Assembly (NCBI GenBank): GCA_038324445.1
Contig: JBBQHZ010000003.1
Span: forward strand, 2,106 to 66,105
Length of the DNA stretch: 64,000 bases
From: Rhodobacterales bacterium
GTDB lineage: Bacteria > Pseudomonadota > Alphaproteobacteria > Rhodobacterales > Rhodobacteraceae
Reading direction: 5' to 3'
The notes under the pieces were generated by a model. It had not been told where the DNA came from. It ran no database searches and saw only the letters and a list, made by a program, of their open reading frames with translations. The position numbers and the translations under genes were made by a program. How positions within the stretch are numbered: position 1 is the stretch's first letter; each line of letters opens with the position of its first letter. Of this stretch, positions 46,196 through 57,727 are shown piece by piece.

Positions 46196-47316
46196 AGGCC
46201 GCCGCCTCCGTCAAGGGCTGGTGCCCGGGCGCCTATCGCCCGATGATGTCCGCCGATGGGTTGGTGGTGCGCGTGCGCCCCGTTCGCGCCCGGCTGACGG
46301 CAGAGCAGGCCTTGGGCTTGTGTTCCCTGTCGCAAGACCATGGCAGCGGATCTCTGGACCTGACCAACCGTGCCAATCTGCAACTGCGCAGCGTGAGGCC
46401 CGACGCCCATGAGGACGTCCTGCAAGCGCTGGCCGCGCTGGATCTGCTGGACGCCGACCCGAAACTGGAGAGCCGCCGGAATATCCTGACCACGCTGTTC
46501 TGGACGGCGGGCGATCTGACGGATCGCCTGAATGGGGCGGTGCTGGCGTCGCTGGTGCGCCTGCAGCCACTTCCGGCAAAGGTCGGGATTGCGGTTGATA
46601 CCGGTTCCGTGCCGATGCTTGCTACGGCATCTGCGGATTTCCGGTTCGAGCGGTCTGCCGAGGGCCTGATCCTCCGCGCTGATGGCGCGCCTGCCGGTCG
46701 GCAGATCACCGAGGCGGGCGCCATCACCGCCCTGATCGAGATGGCGGACTGGTTTGCCGCGCACAGAACCGACGACCTGAGACGCATGGCGCAGGTGGTG
46801 GCCACCGCACCGCTGCCACCCGACTGGACCCAGACAAAGCCGTTGCCGTCAAACATGCCGCCCGAACCCGGCCTGCATGACATGGGCGCCCTGCTTGGCG
46901 CGCCCTTCGGCCAGATCGACGCGGGTGCCTTGGCACGAACTATGCACCAAAGCGGCGCAACCGGGCTGCGCCTGACGCCGTGGCGGTTGTTCTTGCTGGA
47001 AGGCGCTCAGGTGCCGGTTGCATCCCCCTTTGTCACTTCCCCCGGCGATCCGCTGCTGAACGCCGATGCATGCCCGGGCGCGCCTTATTGCCCCTCGGCG
47101 ACGGTGGAAACCCGCACCCTCGCCCGCGCGCTGGCCCCCAATATCGAGGGAAGCCTTCACGTGTCGGGCTGCGCCAAGGGCTGTGCGCGGTCGCGCCCGG
47201 CGACCACCACCCTTGTCGGGCGGGACGGGCGTTTTGACCTTGTCGAACAGGGCTGTGCGTGGGATGCCCCGGCGCGAACGGGCGTCTCGCCGCACGACAT
47301 TCTGGACGGAGCATAG
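46192..47316 (+). CDS. cobG: Precorrin-3B synthase
   Basis: VKGWCPG, TNRANLQLR, ACPGAPYC, HVSGCAKGCA. Confidence 0.9.
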   Translation: MKAAASVKGWCPGAYRPMMSADGLVVRVRPVRARLTAEQALGLCSLSQDHGSGSLDLTNRANLQLRSVRPDAHEDVLQALAALDLLDADPKLESRRNILTTLFWTAGDLTDRLNGAVLASLVRLQPLPAKVGIAVDTGSVPMLATASADFRFERSAEGLILRADGAPAGRQITEAGAITALIEMADWFAAHRTDDLRRMAQVVATAPLPPDWTQTKPLPSNMPPEPGLHDMGALLGAPFGQIDAGALARTMHQSGATGLRLTPWRLFLLEGAQVPVASPFVTSPGDPLLNADACPGAPYCPSATVETRTLARALAPNIEGSLHVSGCAKGCARSRPATTTLVGRDGRFDLVEQGCAWDAPARTGVSPHDILDGA

Positions 47317-47323
47317 CGCCGCG

Positions 47324-47953
47324 ATGACCTACAGCTACCAGACCGACGGCGCGGCGATCTACCTGCAATCATTCGCGATGATCCGGGCCGAGGCCGACCT
47401 GTCCCGCTTCGTCCCCGATGAGGAACAGGTTGCCGTTCGGATGATCCATGCGGCGGGTATGGTGGGGCTGGCGCCGTTCCTGCGATTCTCGCCCGGGTTC
47501 GCCGGCGTCGCCCGAACGGCGCTGGAACAGGGCGCGCCGATCCTGTGCGATGCCCGCATGGTGTCCGAAGGTGTGACGCGCACGCGACTGCCTGCCGACA
47601 ACCGGGTGATCTGCACGCTGCACGATGACGGCGTCCGCGAGTTGGCCGCCAAGATGGGCAACACCCGTTCCGCTGCTGCGCTGGAACTGTGGCGGCCGCA
47701 TCTGGCCGGTGCCGTGGTGGCCATCGGCAACGCGCCGACGGCGCTCTTTCATCTGCTCAACATGCTGCAATATCCGCAATGCCCGCGCCCTGCCGCGATC
47801 ATCGGCTGCCCGGTGGGCTTTGTCGGCGCGGTCGAGTCCAAAGACGCGCTTTGGGCAGACCAACCGGTGCCCTGCTGCATCGTGCAGGGCCGCCTTGGCG
47901 GCAGCGCCATCACCGTCGCCGCGATCAACGCGCTGGCAAGTCGCACCGAATGA
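47324..47953 (+). CDS. cobH: Precorrin-8X methylmutase
   Basis: IYLQSFAMIR, RMIHAAG, GNAPTAL, GRLGGS. Confidence 0.95.
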   Translation: MTYSYQTDGAAIYLQSFAMIRAEADLSRFVPDEEQVAVRMIHAAGMVGLAPFLRFSPGFAGVARTALEQGAPILCDARMVSEGVTRTRLPADNRVICTLHDDGVRELAAKMGNTRSAAALELWRPHLAGAVVAIGNAPTALFHLLNMLQYPQCPRPAAIIGCPVGFVGAVESKDALWADQPVPCCIVQGRLGGSAITVAAINALASRTE

Positions 47954-48690
47954 CCGACGCGCGCAAGATTGGCACGGTCTATGGCCTGGGCCTCGGCCCC
48001 GGCGACCCGGACCTGATGTCGGTGCGCACCGATCGGTTGCTGCGCACTGCCCGCCACGTCGCCTATTTCCGCAAGATGGGCCGCCCCGGTCAGGCCCGCA
48101 GCATTGTCGAGGGGATGCTGCGCGACGCTGCCGTGGAATTCCCGATGGAATACCCCGTCACGACGGAAATTCCCTTGACCGATCCGCGCTACAACGCCAG
48201 CCTCTCGGGCTTCTACGCCGATTGCACCGCCCATCTGCGCACCCTCTGCGAAGGGGGCGAAGATGTGGTTGTCCTGTGCGAGGGCGACCCGTTCTTTTAC
48301 GGCTCGTTCATGCATCTCTACACCCGACTGCAGGGCATCGCCCCAGTGCAGGTGGTGCCCGCAATCACCGGCATGTCGGCGGCCTGGACCGCGACGGGGC
48401 AGCCGATCACCTGGGGCGACGATATCTTGTCGGTGCTGATGGGCACCCTTCCCGAGGATACGCTGGCCGAGCACATGGCGCGCAGCGACGCGCTGGTGGT
48501 AATGAAGATCGGGCGCAACATGGACAAGATCCGCGCGGCGCTGAGGCGCGCGGGAAAGTATGACGCGGCGTGGCTTGTCGAATACGCCTCCATGCCCGGC
48601 CAGACCGTGCAAAAGCTGTCGGAGGCCGAGGATAAGGTGACGCCCTATTTCTCGATCGTCGTGGTCCATGGTCAGGGGCGGCGACCGTGA
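47950..48690 (+). CDS. cobI: Precorrin-2 C20-methyltransferase
   Basis: GLGPGDPDLM, EYPVTTE, EGDPFFYGSFM. Confidence 0.95.
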   Translation: MTDARKIGTVYGLGLGPGDPDLMSVRTDRLLRTARHVAYFRKMGRPGQARSIVEGMLRDAAVEFPMEYPVTTEIPLTDPRYNASLSGFYADCTAHLRTLCEGGEDVVVLCEGDPFFYGSFMHLYTRLQGIAPVQVVPAITGMSAAWTATGQPITWGDDILSVLMGTLPEDTLAEHMARSDALVVMKIGRNMDKIRAALRRAGKYDAAWLVEYASMPGQTVQKLSEAEDKVTPYFSIVVVHGQGRRP

Positions 48691-49439
48691 GCGGTTGGGT
48701 CGTGATCGCGGGCCTTGGGCCGGGTGCCGATGCGATGGTCACGCCCGAGGTTCAGGCGGCATTGGCCGAGGCCACCGACGTTGTTGGCTACATTCCCTAT
48801 GTCGCGCGTGTCGCGGAACGGCCCGGATTGACGCTCCACCCGTCGGACAATCGGGTCGAACTCGACCGCTCGCGCCACGCGCTGGAGATGGCAAGCCAAG
48901 GGCGCCGCGTCGTCGTGGTCTCCTCCGGCGATCCCGGTGTCTTCGCCATGGCCTCGGCGGTATTCGAAGCGGTGGAGGCCGGCCCCGACACCTGGCGCGA
49001 TCTCGACATTCGCGTATTGCCCGGCATCACCGCCATGCTTGCCGCCGCCGCCCGCACCGGCGCGCCCTTGGGCCACGATTTCTGCGCCATCAATCTCAGC
49101 GACAACCTCAAGCCCTGGTTCGTGATCGAAAAACGCCTGCGCCTTGCGGTCGAGGCGGATTTCGCAATGGCCTTCTACAACCCCCGCTCGAAATCCCGGC
49201 CCGAAGGGTTTGCCAAAGCGCTCGATATCCTGAAACAGGCTTGCGCCGATACCCGCCCGGTGATCTTCGCCCGCGCCGTTTCCACACCGGACGAGCACAT
49301 CCGAGTTGTGCCATTGCCCGACTGCACCCCCGACATGGCCGACATGCGCACCATGGTGATCGTCGGCAATTCGATGACGCGCGTCATCACGAGGTGCGGT
49401 CCGCCGATTGTCTACACACCCAGATCGGTCGGGACATGA
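48687..49439 (+). CDS. cobJ: Precorrin-3B C17-methyltransferase
   Basis: GLGPG, SSGDPGVFAMA, GHDFCAINLSD, YNPRSKSR. Confidence 0.95.
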   Translation: MSGWVVIAGLGPGADAMVTPEVQAALAEATDVVGYIPYVARVAERPGLTLHPSDNRVELDRSRHALEMASQGRRVVVVSSGDPGVFAMASAVFEAVEAGPDTWRDLDIRVLPGITAMLAAAARTGAPLGHDFCAINLSDNLKPWFVIEKRLRLAVEADFAMAFYNPRSKSRPEGFAKALDILKQACADTRPVIFARAVSTPDEHIRVVPLPDCTPDMADMRTMVIVGNSMTRVITRCGPPIVYTPRSVGT

Positions 49440-50167
49440 GAGAGCCAGTCCAGCACCTCTGCCACGGAATGCGCTTCTTGCCGGGGCGCAATCGCAGGGC
49501 GGTCGATCATCACGACCGGCAGGCGCAACTGCCGCGCGGCTGCCAGCTTGGCCGAGGCACCCGAGCCGCCGGCATTCTTGGACACGACCAGTTCGATGCG
49601 ATGCTCGCGCATCAGTGCCAGATCCCCCGCCTCGGAAAACGGTCCGCGATCGACGACCACGTGATGGTCGGGGAAGGGCAGCGGCGTTTGCGGCGGGTCC
49701 ACCAGTCGCAGCAGGTAGAAATGCTGCGGATTGGGCGCGAACTCGGCCAGATGCATGCGACCGACGGCCAGCATGACGCGTGTCGGATCGCGGTCCAATG
49801 CAGCCACGGCCCCCGCGATGTCGGTCACATTGCACCAGTGATCGCCGGCTTGCATGACCCACGGCGCGCGGGTCAGGGCGATGTGCGGGACGCCCGCCTT
49901 CGCGCAGGCGGCGAGGGCATTGCCGCTCATCTGCGCCGCGAAGGGGTGCGTGGCGTCGATCAGATGGGTGATTTTCTCGGCCTTCAGGTAAGCCACAAGC
50001 CCGTCCACACCGCCGAACCCGCCGACCCGCTGTGGCAGGGGTTGGCGCACCGGACGCTCGACCCTTCCGGCAAACGAGATTGTGCCGTGAACACCTTTTT
50101 CGGCCAGCGCCCGGCAGAGCGCCGTCGCCTCGGTCGTGCCGCCAAGGATCAGAAGGTTGGGGCTCAT
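49412..50167 (-). CDS. cobK: Precorrin-6A reductase
   Basis: LILGGTTEA, GGFGGVDG, DATHPFA, RGPF, SKNAGG. Confidence 0.95.
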   Translation of the reverse strand: MSPNLLILGGTTEATALCRALAEKGVHGTISFAGRVERPVRQPLPQRVGGFGGVDGLVAYLKAEKITHLIDATHPFAAQMSGNALAACAKAGVPHIALTRAPWVMQAGDHWCNVTDIAGAVAALDRDPTRVMLAVGRMHLAEFAPNPQHFYLLRLVDPPQTPLPFPDHHVVVDRGPFSEAGDLALMREHRIELVVSKNAGGSGASAKLAAARQLRLPVVMIDRPAIAPRQEAHSVAEVLDWLSHVPTDLGV

Positions 50168-51365
50168 GTCTGACGCTCCTTGGGTGACGATCATCGGTAT
50201 GGGGGAGGATGGCCCGGACGGCTTGTCGCCCGCAAGCAGGTCTGCGCTGGCGGCGGCGGAAATCGTCATGGGACCACCCCGGCATCTGGCATTGTTGCCT
50301 GATCTCCCCGCCGAGCGGATCGATTGGCCGGTGCCATTCGCCGATGGAATGGCGCTGCTCTTGGCGCAAAAGCCGCGGCGCACTGTGGTCCTGGCGTCTG
50401 GCGATCCGTTCTGGTTCGGCGCGGGGACAAGCATCGGCCAGCATCTGTCCCGCGATGAATGGCAGGCGTTTCCCGGTGTCTCCACCTTCTCGCTGGCGGC
50501 GGCGGAGATGGGCTGGCCTCTGGAGACAACGCTGTGCGCAGGCGTCCACGCGGCACCGCTGACGCGTCTGCGCCCCTCGCTGGCCGACGGCGCCCGGATG
50601 ATCGTGCTGCTCCGCGATGGCAATTCGGTGCAGGCCCTTGCCGATTACCTGATTGCCGAGGGCTTCGCCGCGTCTGACCTGACGGTGATGGAGGCGCTTG
50701 GTGGGCCGCGCCAGCGGGTCACGAAAGCCACCGCGACGTCGCTGCAAGACATAGCCTTCGCCCATCCCGTCTGCGCTGCGATCCAGATCTCAGGTGATAG
50801 CGCGACGATGCCGCTTGCCTCGGGCCGCCCCGACGACTGGTTCGACAATGACGGCCAGATCACGAAACGCCCTGTCCGCGCCTTGACGCTTTCCGCACTG
50901 ACCCCGCGCCCGTTCGAGCATCTGTGGGACATCGGTGGCGGATCAGGCTCCATCGCCGTAGAGTGGTTGCTGTCGCACCCCTCGCTGACTGCCACGAGCA
51001 TCGAGCCGCGCCCCGACCGCGCCGCGCGTATCCGCGCCAATGCCGACCGTCTGGGCGTGGACCGGCTTGCCGTTGTGACTGGGGCGGCGCCAGCGGCGCT
51101 TGCAGGGCTGACGCAGCCCGATGCCGTTTTCGTTGGCGGTGGGTTGAGCCGCGTTCTGCTGGACTGGCTGGCGCAGAATCTCGCCCGCGGAACGCGTATA
51201 GTGGCCAATGCCGTGACGCTCGAAACCGAGGCGCTGCTGATCGAGGCCCATGGAAGGCATGGCGGCGATCTGCTCAGGGTGGAATTGTCGCAAGCCGGTG
51301 CGCTGGGACCGCGCAGGGGCTGGAAAGCCGCCTATCCGATTGTGCAATGGAGCGGGGTGTTATGA
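50166..51365 (+). CDS. cobL: Precorrin-6B C5,C15-methyltransferase (CbiE/CbiT fusion)
   Basis: IIGMGEDG, ASGDPFWFG, DGQITK, WDIGGGSGS. Confidence 0.95.
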   Translation: MSDAPWVTIIGMGEDGPDGLSPASRSALAAAEIVMGPPRHLALLPDLPAERIDWPVPFADGMALLLAQKPRRTVVLASGDPFWFGAGTSIGQHLSRDEWQAFPGVSTFSLAAAEMGWPLETTLCAGVHAAPLTRLRPSLADGARMIVLLRDGNSVQALADYLIAEGFAASDLTVMEALGGPRQRVTKATATSLQDIAFAHPVCAAIQISGDSATMPLASGRPDDWFDNDGQITKRPVRALTLSALTPRPFEHLWDIGGGSGSIAVEWLLSHPSLTATSIEPRPDRAARIRANADRLGVDRLAVVTGAAPAALAGLTQPDAVFVGGGLSRVLLDWLAQNLARGTRIVANAVTLETEALLIEAHGRHGGDLLRVELSQAGALGPRRGWKAAYPIVQWSGVL

Positions 51366-51730
51366 TCGTGGCAGGCTTCGGATTTCGCGCGGGCGTGACG
51401 GTGGACAGCCTGAGCGACGCCTATCAACGCGCCAGTGCCGGGCAGGTCGTGGACAAGATCGCCACCGCCGATGACAAGGCACAGAGCGATGCTTTCCGGC
51501 AGTTTGCCGATACCCTCGGTCTGCCTGTCGCTGCCATCCCGCCCTTGGCACTTGCCGCGCAATCCATCCTCACCCGATCGCAAGCCTCGAGCGACGCGCG
51601 CAATACCGGCAGCGTGGCCGAAGCCGCCGCCCTTGCCGCCGCTGGCCCGACAGCGCGCTTGGTTGCCGCGCGCGTCATTTCCACCGATCGCATGGCGACC
51701 TGCGCCTTGGCCCTGGGGGATATCCAATGA
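51362..51730 (+). CDS. cobE: CobE / CbiG C-terminal-like protein
   Basis: [25 protein letters not shown]. Confidence 0.85.
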   Translation: MIVAGFGFRAGVTVDSLSDAYQRASAGQVVDKIATADDKAQSDAFRQFADTLGLPVAAIPPLALAAQSILTRSQASSDARNTGSVAEAAALAAAGPTARLVAARVISTDRMATCALALGDIQ

Positions 51731-52533
51731 CGGTTCATTTCATCGGCGCAGGCCCCGGTGCACCAGACCTTCTTACCCTACGCGGGCGCGATATCATCGC
51801 ATCCTGCCCGGTCTGCCTCTATGCCGGATCGCTGGTGCCCGAGGCGATTCTGGCCCATTGCCCGCCGGGCGCGAAGATCGTGAACACGGCGTCGATGGAC
51901 CTCGACCAGATCATGGCCGAGATCACGGCGGCAGATGAGGCGGGCCTCGATGTCGCTCGCCTGCATTCGGGCGACCTGTCGGTATGGTCCGCCATGGGCG
52001 AGCAGATGCGGCGCCTGCGCGCCCTGAACATCCCGGTTTCCGTCACGCCCGGTGTGCCGTCCTTCGCCGCCGCCGCCGCCGCCCTTGGGGCCGAGCTGAC
52101 GCTGCCGGGGCTGGCGCAATCCGTGGTTCTGACCCGCACGCCGGGGCGGGCTTCCTCCATGCCGGAAGGCGAAAGCCTGACCAATTTCGCCGCAACCGGC
52201 GCGACACTTGCGATCCACCTCTCGATCCAGAACATCGAAACGGTCGTCGCCGATCTTGCCCCCTCCTACGGGCCCGATTGCCCGGTTGCTGTCGTCTACC
52301 GCGCCAGTTGGCCGGATCAGCAGATCATTCGCGGCACGTTGGGCGACATCGCCGCACGTCTGGGCGAAGGAATTTCGCGCACCGCCCTGATCCTTGTCGG
52401 TCGCGCCCTGTCCGGGGAAGGATTCGACGAAAGCTGTCTTTACGCAGCCAACTACGACCGCCGCTATCGCCCGCAGACCGCCGACAGCCCTTGGGCAGGC
52501 TGGACGCCGGAAGCAGAGAAGCCAAATGACTGA
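51727..52533 (+). CDS. cobM: Precorrin-4 C11-methyltransferase
   Basis: [26 protein letters not shown]. Confidence 0.96.
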   Translation: MTVHFIGAGPGAPDLLTLRGRDIIASCPVCLYAGSLVPEAILAHCPPGAKIVNTASMDLDQIMAEITAADEAGLDVARLHSGDLSVWSAMGEQMRRLRALNIPVSVTPGVPSFAAAAAALGAELTLPGLAQSVVLTRTPGRASSMPEGESLTNFAATGATLAIHLSIQNIETVVADLAPSYGPDCPVAVVYRASWPDQQIIRGTLGDIAARLGEGISRTALILVGRALSGEGFDESCLYAANYDRRYRPQTADSPWAGWTPEAEKPND

Positions 52534-53842
52534 CATGGCCGGTATCCTCGTTTCGGCACCGTCATCGGGCACCGGCAAGACCACGGTCATGCTGGGGCTG
52601 TTGCGCGCGCTGGTCGAGGATGGGTTGCACGTTCAGCCGTTCAAATCCGGCCCCGATTACATCGATCCGGCCTTCCACCGGGCTGCGTCGGGAAGGGCGT
52701 CCTACAACCTCGACACCTGGGCGATGGATGGGGCGTTGCTGGACGCCATTTCGGCGCAGGCACAGGGCGCGGATATCTGTGTCGCGGAAGGGTCCATGGG
52801 GCTTTACGATGGCGTCGCCACGCGCGGCATGTCGGGCTTCGGCTCCACCGCCGAGACGGCGTTGCGGATGGGCTGGCCGGTGGTGCTGGTTATCGATGTG
52901 GGCGGGCAGGCGCAGTCGGCGGCGGCAACCGCGCTGGGGTTTCAGGCCTACAACCCCGACCTCCGTTTTGCGGGTGTGATCCTGAACCGCGTCGCCTCGC
53001 CGCGCCACGAACGCCTGACGCGCCTTGGGATGGACAAGGCCGGCATCCGCGTTCTGGGGTCGCTGCCCCGACGCGGCGATCTGGCCCTGCCCGAGCGGCA
53101 TCTGGGCCTTGTGCAGGCACGCGAACATCCCGATCTGGAGGTCGCCATCAGGGGCTATGCCGCGTTCCTGCGCGAGCATGTTGACCTTGCCGCGATCAGG
53201 GCGGCGGCACACGGCAAGGCACAAGCCCGCGCGGGCCACCTTCCCACCCCCCCGGCGCAGCGGATCGCCTTGGCGCAGGATGCCGCGTTCTCCTTCACCT
53301 ATCCGCATCTGCTGGAAGGCTGGCGGGTCGCGGGCGCGGAAATCCTTCCCTTCTCGCCCTTGGCAGACGAGGCCCCCGCGCCCCACGCCGATCTTGTCTG
53401 GCTGCCGGGCGGCTACCCCGAACTCCACGCGGGCGCTCTGGCCGCAGCCGAGACCTTTCGCACCGGTCTGCGTGCCCATGCCATCACGCGCCCCGTCCAT
53501 GGCGAGTGTGGCGGCTACATGGCACTGGGCGAAGGGCTGATCGACAAGGATGGCCAACGTCACCGGATGGCTGGCCTGCTGGGGCTTGTCACCAGCTACG
53601 AGAAGCGCCAGTTCCGGCTTGGCTATCGCCGCGCGGTGCTTAACGCGCCCCTGCCCGGCCATACCCCCGGATCGGCCTTGCGGGGACATGAATTCCACTA
53701 TTCCACGATCCTCGAGCAGCCCGACGCCCCGCTTGCGCAGGTCAGTGACGCCGACGGCAACCCGGTGGCTGAAACCGGCTCCCATCGCGGGAAAGTCAGC
53801 GGCACCTTCTTTCACCTCATCGCCTCCGAGGGTCCCCAATGA
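52526..53842 (+). CDS. cobB: Hydrogenobyrinic acid a,c-diamide synthase
   Basis: [34 protein letters not shown]. Confidence 0.95.
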   Translation: MTDMAGILVSAPSSGTGKTTVMLGLLRALVEDGLHVQPFKSGPDYIDPAFHRAASGRASYNLDTWAMDGALLDAISAQAQGADICVAEGSMGLYDGVATRGMSGFGSTAETALRMGWPVVLVIDVGGQAQSAAATALGFQAYNPDLRFAGVILNRVASPRHERLTRLGMDKAGIRVLGSLPRRGDLALPERHLGLVQAREHPDLEVAIRGYAAFLREHVDLAAIRAAAHGKAQARAGHLPTPPAQRIALAQDAAFSFTYPHLLEGWRVAGAEILPFSPLADEAPAPHADLVWLPGGYPELHAGALAAAETFRTGLRAHAITRPVHGECGGYMALGEGLIDKDGQRHRMAGLLGLVTSYEKRQFRLGYRRAVLNAPLPGHTPGSALRGHEFHYSTILEQPDAPLAQVSDADGNPVAETGSHRGKVSGTFFHLIASEGPQ

Positions 53843-54573
53843 GCGGTTTTGTCAGCTTTGTAGGCTCTGGCCCCGGCGACCCGGAACTGTTGACGCTGAA
53901 GGCCGTCGACCGGCTGAAACGGGCGGATGCGGTGCTGTTCGACGATCTGTCCGCTGGCCCGATTCTGACCCACGCGCGGGCAGGCGCGGATCTGGTGGGG
54001 GTCGGCAAGCGGGCGGGACGCGCCTCGCCGCGTCAGAACCATGTGAGCCAGTTGCTCGTCGATTACGCCCTGATGGGACAGCGGGTTGTTCGCCTGAAAT
54101 CCGGCGATTCCGGCCTGTTCGGCAGGCTGGAAGAAGAACTTGTCGCCCTGCGTAAGGCCGGGATCGATTACGAAATCATTCCCGGCGTGCCCTCGGCCTT
54201 TGCGGCGGCGGCGGCCTGCGGCATCCCGCTGACCCGCCGCTTCACTGCGCGCCGGGTGCAATTCGTCACCGGCCACGATGCCAACGGCGTGCTGCCGGAC
54301 GATATCGACCTGAACGCGCTGGCCGACCCGAATGCCTGCACGGTGATTTTCATGGGCAAGCGGACCTTCCCGAAACTGGCGGCGACCCTGATCGCCCTTG
54401 GTCTGCCACGCGACACACCGGCGGTGCTGGCCGAGGCGGTCTCGACGCCCGAGCAGCACTTACACCGGTCTACCATCTCCGAACTTGCCAGACGCCTTGA
54501 GGCCGAGATCGGGGACAAACCTGCGCTGATCCTTTACGGCCCCCTGGCCGAGATGGGGGTCGGGATTGACTGA
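53839..54573 (+). CDS. cobA: Uroporphyrinogen-III C-methyltransferase
   Basis: GSGPGDPELLT, VRLKSGD, FVTGH. Confidence 0.9.
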   Translation: MSGFVSFVGSGPGDPELLTLKAVDRLKRADAVLFDDLSAGPILTHARAGADLVGVGKRAGRASPRQNHVSQLLVDYALMGQRVVRLKSGDSGLFGRLEEELVALRKAGIDYEIIPGVPSAFAAAAACGIPLTRRFTARRVQFVTGHDANGVLPDDIDLNALADPNACTVIFMGKRTFPKLAATLIALGLPRDTPAVLAEAVSTPEQHLHRSTISELARRLEAEIGDKPALILYGPLAEMGVGID

Positions 54574-55309
54574 TCTGTGGCTGATCGGCATTGGCACCGG
54601 CAACCCGCTGCACGTCACGCTGGAAGGCCAGCGCGCGATCCGTGACGCCGCCACAGTGCTGATCCCGCGCAAGGGGCACGGCAAAGAGGACCTTGCCCAT
54701 CTGCGCCACGCCATCCTTGCCGAGGCGGGCGCCACCGGCCGCGTGATCGAATTCGACATGCCCGTGCGCGATGACGGCCTGCCCTATCAGGACCGCGTCG
54801 CGGATTGGCACGACACCATCGCCGCGCGCTGGACCGAGGCACTGGCCGATGCGCCCGATGGCCCGGTGGTGCTGCTGGTCTGGGGCGATCCGGGCCTCTA
54901 TGACAGCACGCTTCGCATTGCCGAACGTCTGCGCCCGCGCCTTTCGGTGCGGGTCATTCCCGGCATCACCGCGCTTCAGGCGCTGACGGCGGCCCATGCC
55001 ATTCCATTCAACACCGTCAACGGGGCTGTCACCGTGACCACGGGGCGCCGCCTGCGCGACCATGGCTGGCCCGACGGGGCGGAAACTGTTGTCGTGATGC
55101 TGGACGGCGAGTGCAGTTTTCTGGAACTGGACCCGACGGGCATCCACATCTGGTGGGGCGGGTTTCTGGGGATGCCCGAGCAATGTCTGGAACATGGCCC
55201 CTTGGCCGAGGCGGGACCGCGCATTGTTGCCACGCGGGACGAGGCACGCGCGCGGCATGGCTGGATCATGGATACGTATCTGCTGCGACGAATGCCAAGC
55301 GGTTTCTGA
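54566..55309 (+). CDS. cobF: Precorrin-6A synthase (deacetylating)
   Basis: IGIGTGNP, WGDPGLYDST, TTGRRL, GWIMDTYLL. Confidence 0.93.
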   Translation: MTDLWLIGIGTGNPLHVTLEGQRAIRDAATVLIPRKGHGKEDLAHLRHAILAEAGATGRVIEFDMPVRDDGLPYQDRVADWHDTIAARWTEALADAPDGPVVLLVWGDPGLYDSTLRIAERLRPRLSVRVIPGITALQALTAAHAIPFNTVNGAVTVTTGRRLRDHGWPDGAETVVVMLDGECSFLELDPTGIHIWWGGFLGMPEQCLEHGPLAEAGPRIVATRDEARARHGWIMDTYLLRRMPSGF

Positions 55310-55477
55310 CCCGATCTGTATCACCCGCGATGCGATGCCGGTTTTCGGGCCGGAGATTTCCGGATGCCAAGGAGTGCGCGGGGTGCGGCCGTCACGAGGC
55401 TGCAAGGACAACCCGAACGGTCTGAAGAGGGCCGCGAGGAACCGGAATCTGCCAGGATCGATCGCGGCCCGAGCGGG

Positions 55478-56902
55478 TCAGTGGGCGATCATCACGTGCC
55501 GGACGGCGGTGTAGTCTTCCAGCGCATACATCGACATGTCCTTGCCGTAGCCCGACTGTTTGAGGCCGCCATGGGGCATCTCGTTCACCAGCATGAAATG
55601 CGTGTTCACCCAAGTGCAGCCATAGCGCATGCGGGCGGACACCTCCATCGCGCGGCCGACATCCCGGGTCCAGATCGAGGAGGCGAGGCCATAGTCGCTG
55701 TCATTGGCCCAGGCTACGGCCTCGTCCGCGTCGGTGAAGCGGGTGACGGAGACGACAGGGCCGAACACCTCGCGCCGGACAATCTCATCCGATTGCAGGG
55801 CGCCCGCAACGACGGTCGGCTGGTAATAGAACCCGCTGCCGCCATGCTGATGGCCGCCGGTCGTGATCTCCATATGCTTGTGCTCGCGCGTCCGCTCGAC
55901 AAAGCTCGAGACGCGGTCGCGCTGGCGCAGCGAGATCAGCGGCGGGATTTCGTTCAGGGTGTCATCGGCGTTGTCGTAGACGATGGTGGAAACGGCAGAG
56001 GACAGGTCGGCCACGAGGTTCTCGTAGATCTTCGGTCCAGCATAGATCCGGCACGCAGCCGTGCAGTCCTGACCGGCATTGTAGTAGCCGAACGCCTTCA
56101 GCCCATTCACGACACGATCAAGATCCGCGTCATCGAAGATGATGACGGGCGCCTTGCCGCCAAGCTCCAGATGGGTGCGCTTGACGGTCTTGGACGCGGC
56201 TTGCAGCACCTTCTTTCCGGTTGCCACATCGCCGGTGATCGAGACCATATCAACGCCCGGATGGCTGATAAGCGCGTTGCCGACGCTGGCACCCTGCCCC
56301 ACCACCACGTTAACCACGCCCTCGGGCAGGATTTCGGACATCAGTCGCGCCAGCCGCAGGGCCGTCAGCGGGGTCTGCTCGGACGGCTTCAGAACAACGG
56401 TATTGCCCCCGGCCAGGGCAGGCGCCAATTTCCAGGCCATCATCATCATCGGGTAGTTCCAGGGCGCAATCGACGCCACAACGCCGATCGGATCGCGCCG
56501 CACCATGGAGGTGTGACCAGCCAGATACTCTCCGGCCGCCGAGGTATGCATGTTGCGCACGGCCCCCGCGAAGTAGCGGAAGCAATCGGCCACGGCGGGC
56601 ACCTCGTCGGCGCGAACGCCGTTGATCGGCTTGCCGCAGTTGAGCGCTTCCAGTTGCGCCAACTCCTCCAGATTTGCCTCGATGGCATCGGCGATCGCCA
56701 GCAACTTGGCCGACCGCTCGGACGGCGTGGTGCGCGACCAGCCTTCGAACGCGGCGCGGGCGGCAGCCACGGCGCGGTCGATCTGGCCGGTATTGGCTTC
56801 GGGCAGGGTCAGGATCACTTCCCCGGTGCGGGGGTTCAGAACATTCTCCTCGGTGTCGGTCCCGGCCTCGAAGGAGGCGCCGATCAGCATGTTGGTGTCC
56901 AT
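55478..56902 (-). CDS. patD: Gamma-aminobutyraldehyde dehydrogenase
   Basis: [35 protein letters not shown]; follows a ydcSTUV-like ABC. Confidence 0.88.
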   Translation of the reverse strand: MDTNMLIGASFEAGTDTEENVLNPRTGEVILTLPEANTGQIDRAVAAARAAFEGWSRTTPSERSAKLLAIADAIEANLEELAQLEALNCGKPINGVRADEVPAVADCFRYFAGAVRNMHTSAAGEYLAGHTSMVRRDPIGVVASIAPWNYPMMMMAWKLAPALAGGNTVVLKPSEQTPLTALRLARLMSEILPEGVVNVVVGQGASVGNALISHPGVDMVSITGDVATGKKVLQAASKTVKRTHLELGGKAPVIIFDDADLDRVVNGLKAFGYYNAGQDCTAACRIYAGPKIYENLVADLSSAVSTIVYDNADDTLNEIPPLISLRQRDRVSSFVERTREHKHMEITTGGHQHGGSGFYYQPTVVAGALQSDEIVRREVFGPVVSVTRFTDADEAVAWANDSDYGLASSIWTRDVGRAMEVSARMRYGCTWVNTHFMLVNEMPHGGLKQSGYGKDMSMYALEDYTAVRHVMIAH

Positions 56903-56920
56903 AAGCATTCTCCCTTTAAG

Positions 56921-57727
56921 TCATTTGCCCTGACCGGCGACCGTGTCGGTGCCCCGCGTCAGGTAGTAGGCGCCGAGGATGGGCAGAAAGGTGACCAGCA
57001 CGACGACCATGGCGACCACATTGGTCACCGGGCGTTCGCGGGGGCGCACGAGTTCCTCGTACATCCAGATCGGCAGAGTCTGTTGTTGGCCGGCGGTGAA
57101 GGTCGTCACGATGACCTCGTCGAAGCTGAGCGCGAAGGCGAGCATGCCGCCCGCCAGAAGGGCGGTGGAAATGTTGGGCAGGATCACATAGCGGAAGGTC
57201 TGGAAGCTGTTGGCCCCCAGATCCATCGATGCCTCTACCAGACTGCCCGAAACACGCCGAAACCGCGCCACTGCGTTGTTGTAGACGATCACGACGCAAA
57301 ACGTCGCGTGGCCCAAAACGATGGTCCAGAAGCTGAACGGGATATCTGCCAGGTTGAACGCCGACCGCAGGGAGATGCCGGTGATGATCCCAGGAAGCGC
57401 GATGGGCAGGATTACCAGAAGCGACACCGCCTCGCGCCCAAAGAAATGCGTGCGGCTGACGGCGGCGGCGCAGAGCGTGCCAAGGATCAGGGCGATGACG
57501 GTCGATATGCTGGCGACACGCACCGACAGGCCAAGCGCTGCCCAGACATCGGGGCGCTCCCACGTGACGGCGAACCAGTGCAGGGTGAAGCCGGGGGGCG
57601 GCCATTGGTAGGATGTATCCTCGGTGGTGAAGGCGTAGACGAAGATCAGCAGGATCGGCAGGTGCATGAAGGCAAGGCCAAGCCCTGCCGCGATCTTCAG
57701 GCCCAGAGGTGCGCGGTCAGAGTGCAT
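56921..57727 (-). CDS. Polyamine-type ABC permease (YdcV/PotC-like)
   Basis: [17 protein letters not shown]. Confidence 0.9.
   Translation of the reverse strand: MHSDRAPLGLKIAAGLGLAFMHLPILLIFVYAFTTEDTSYQWPPPGFTLHWFAVTWERPDVWAALGLSVRVASISTVIALILGTLCAAAVSRTHFFGREAVSLLVILPIALPGIITGISLRSAFNLADIPFSFWTIVLGHATFCVVIVYNNAVARFRRVSGSLVEASMDLGANSFQTFRYVILPNISTALLAGGMLAFALSFDEVIVTTFTAGQQQTLPIWMYEELVRPRERPVTNVVAMVVVLVTFLPILGAYYLTRGTDTVAGQGK

Noticed and set aside
48672-50765. 697-aa minus-strand ORF
   Set aside because: Off-frame overlap of cobK and antisense to cobJ/cobL; no motifs
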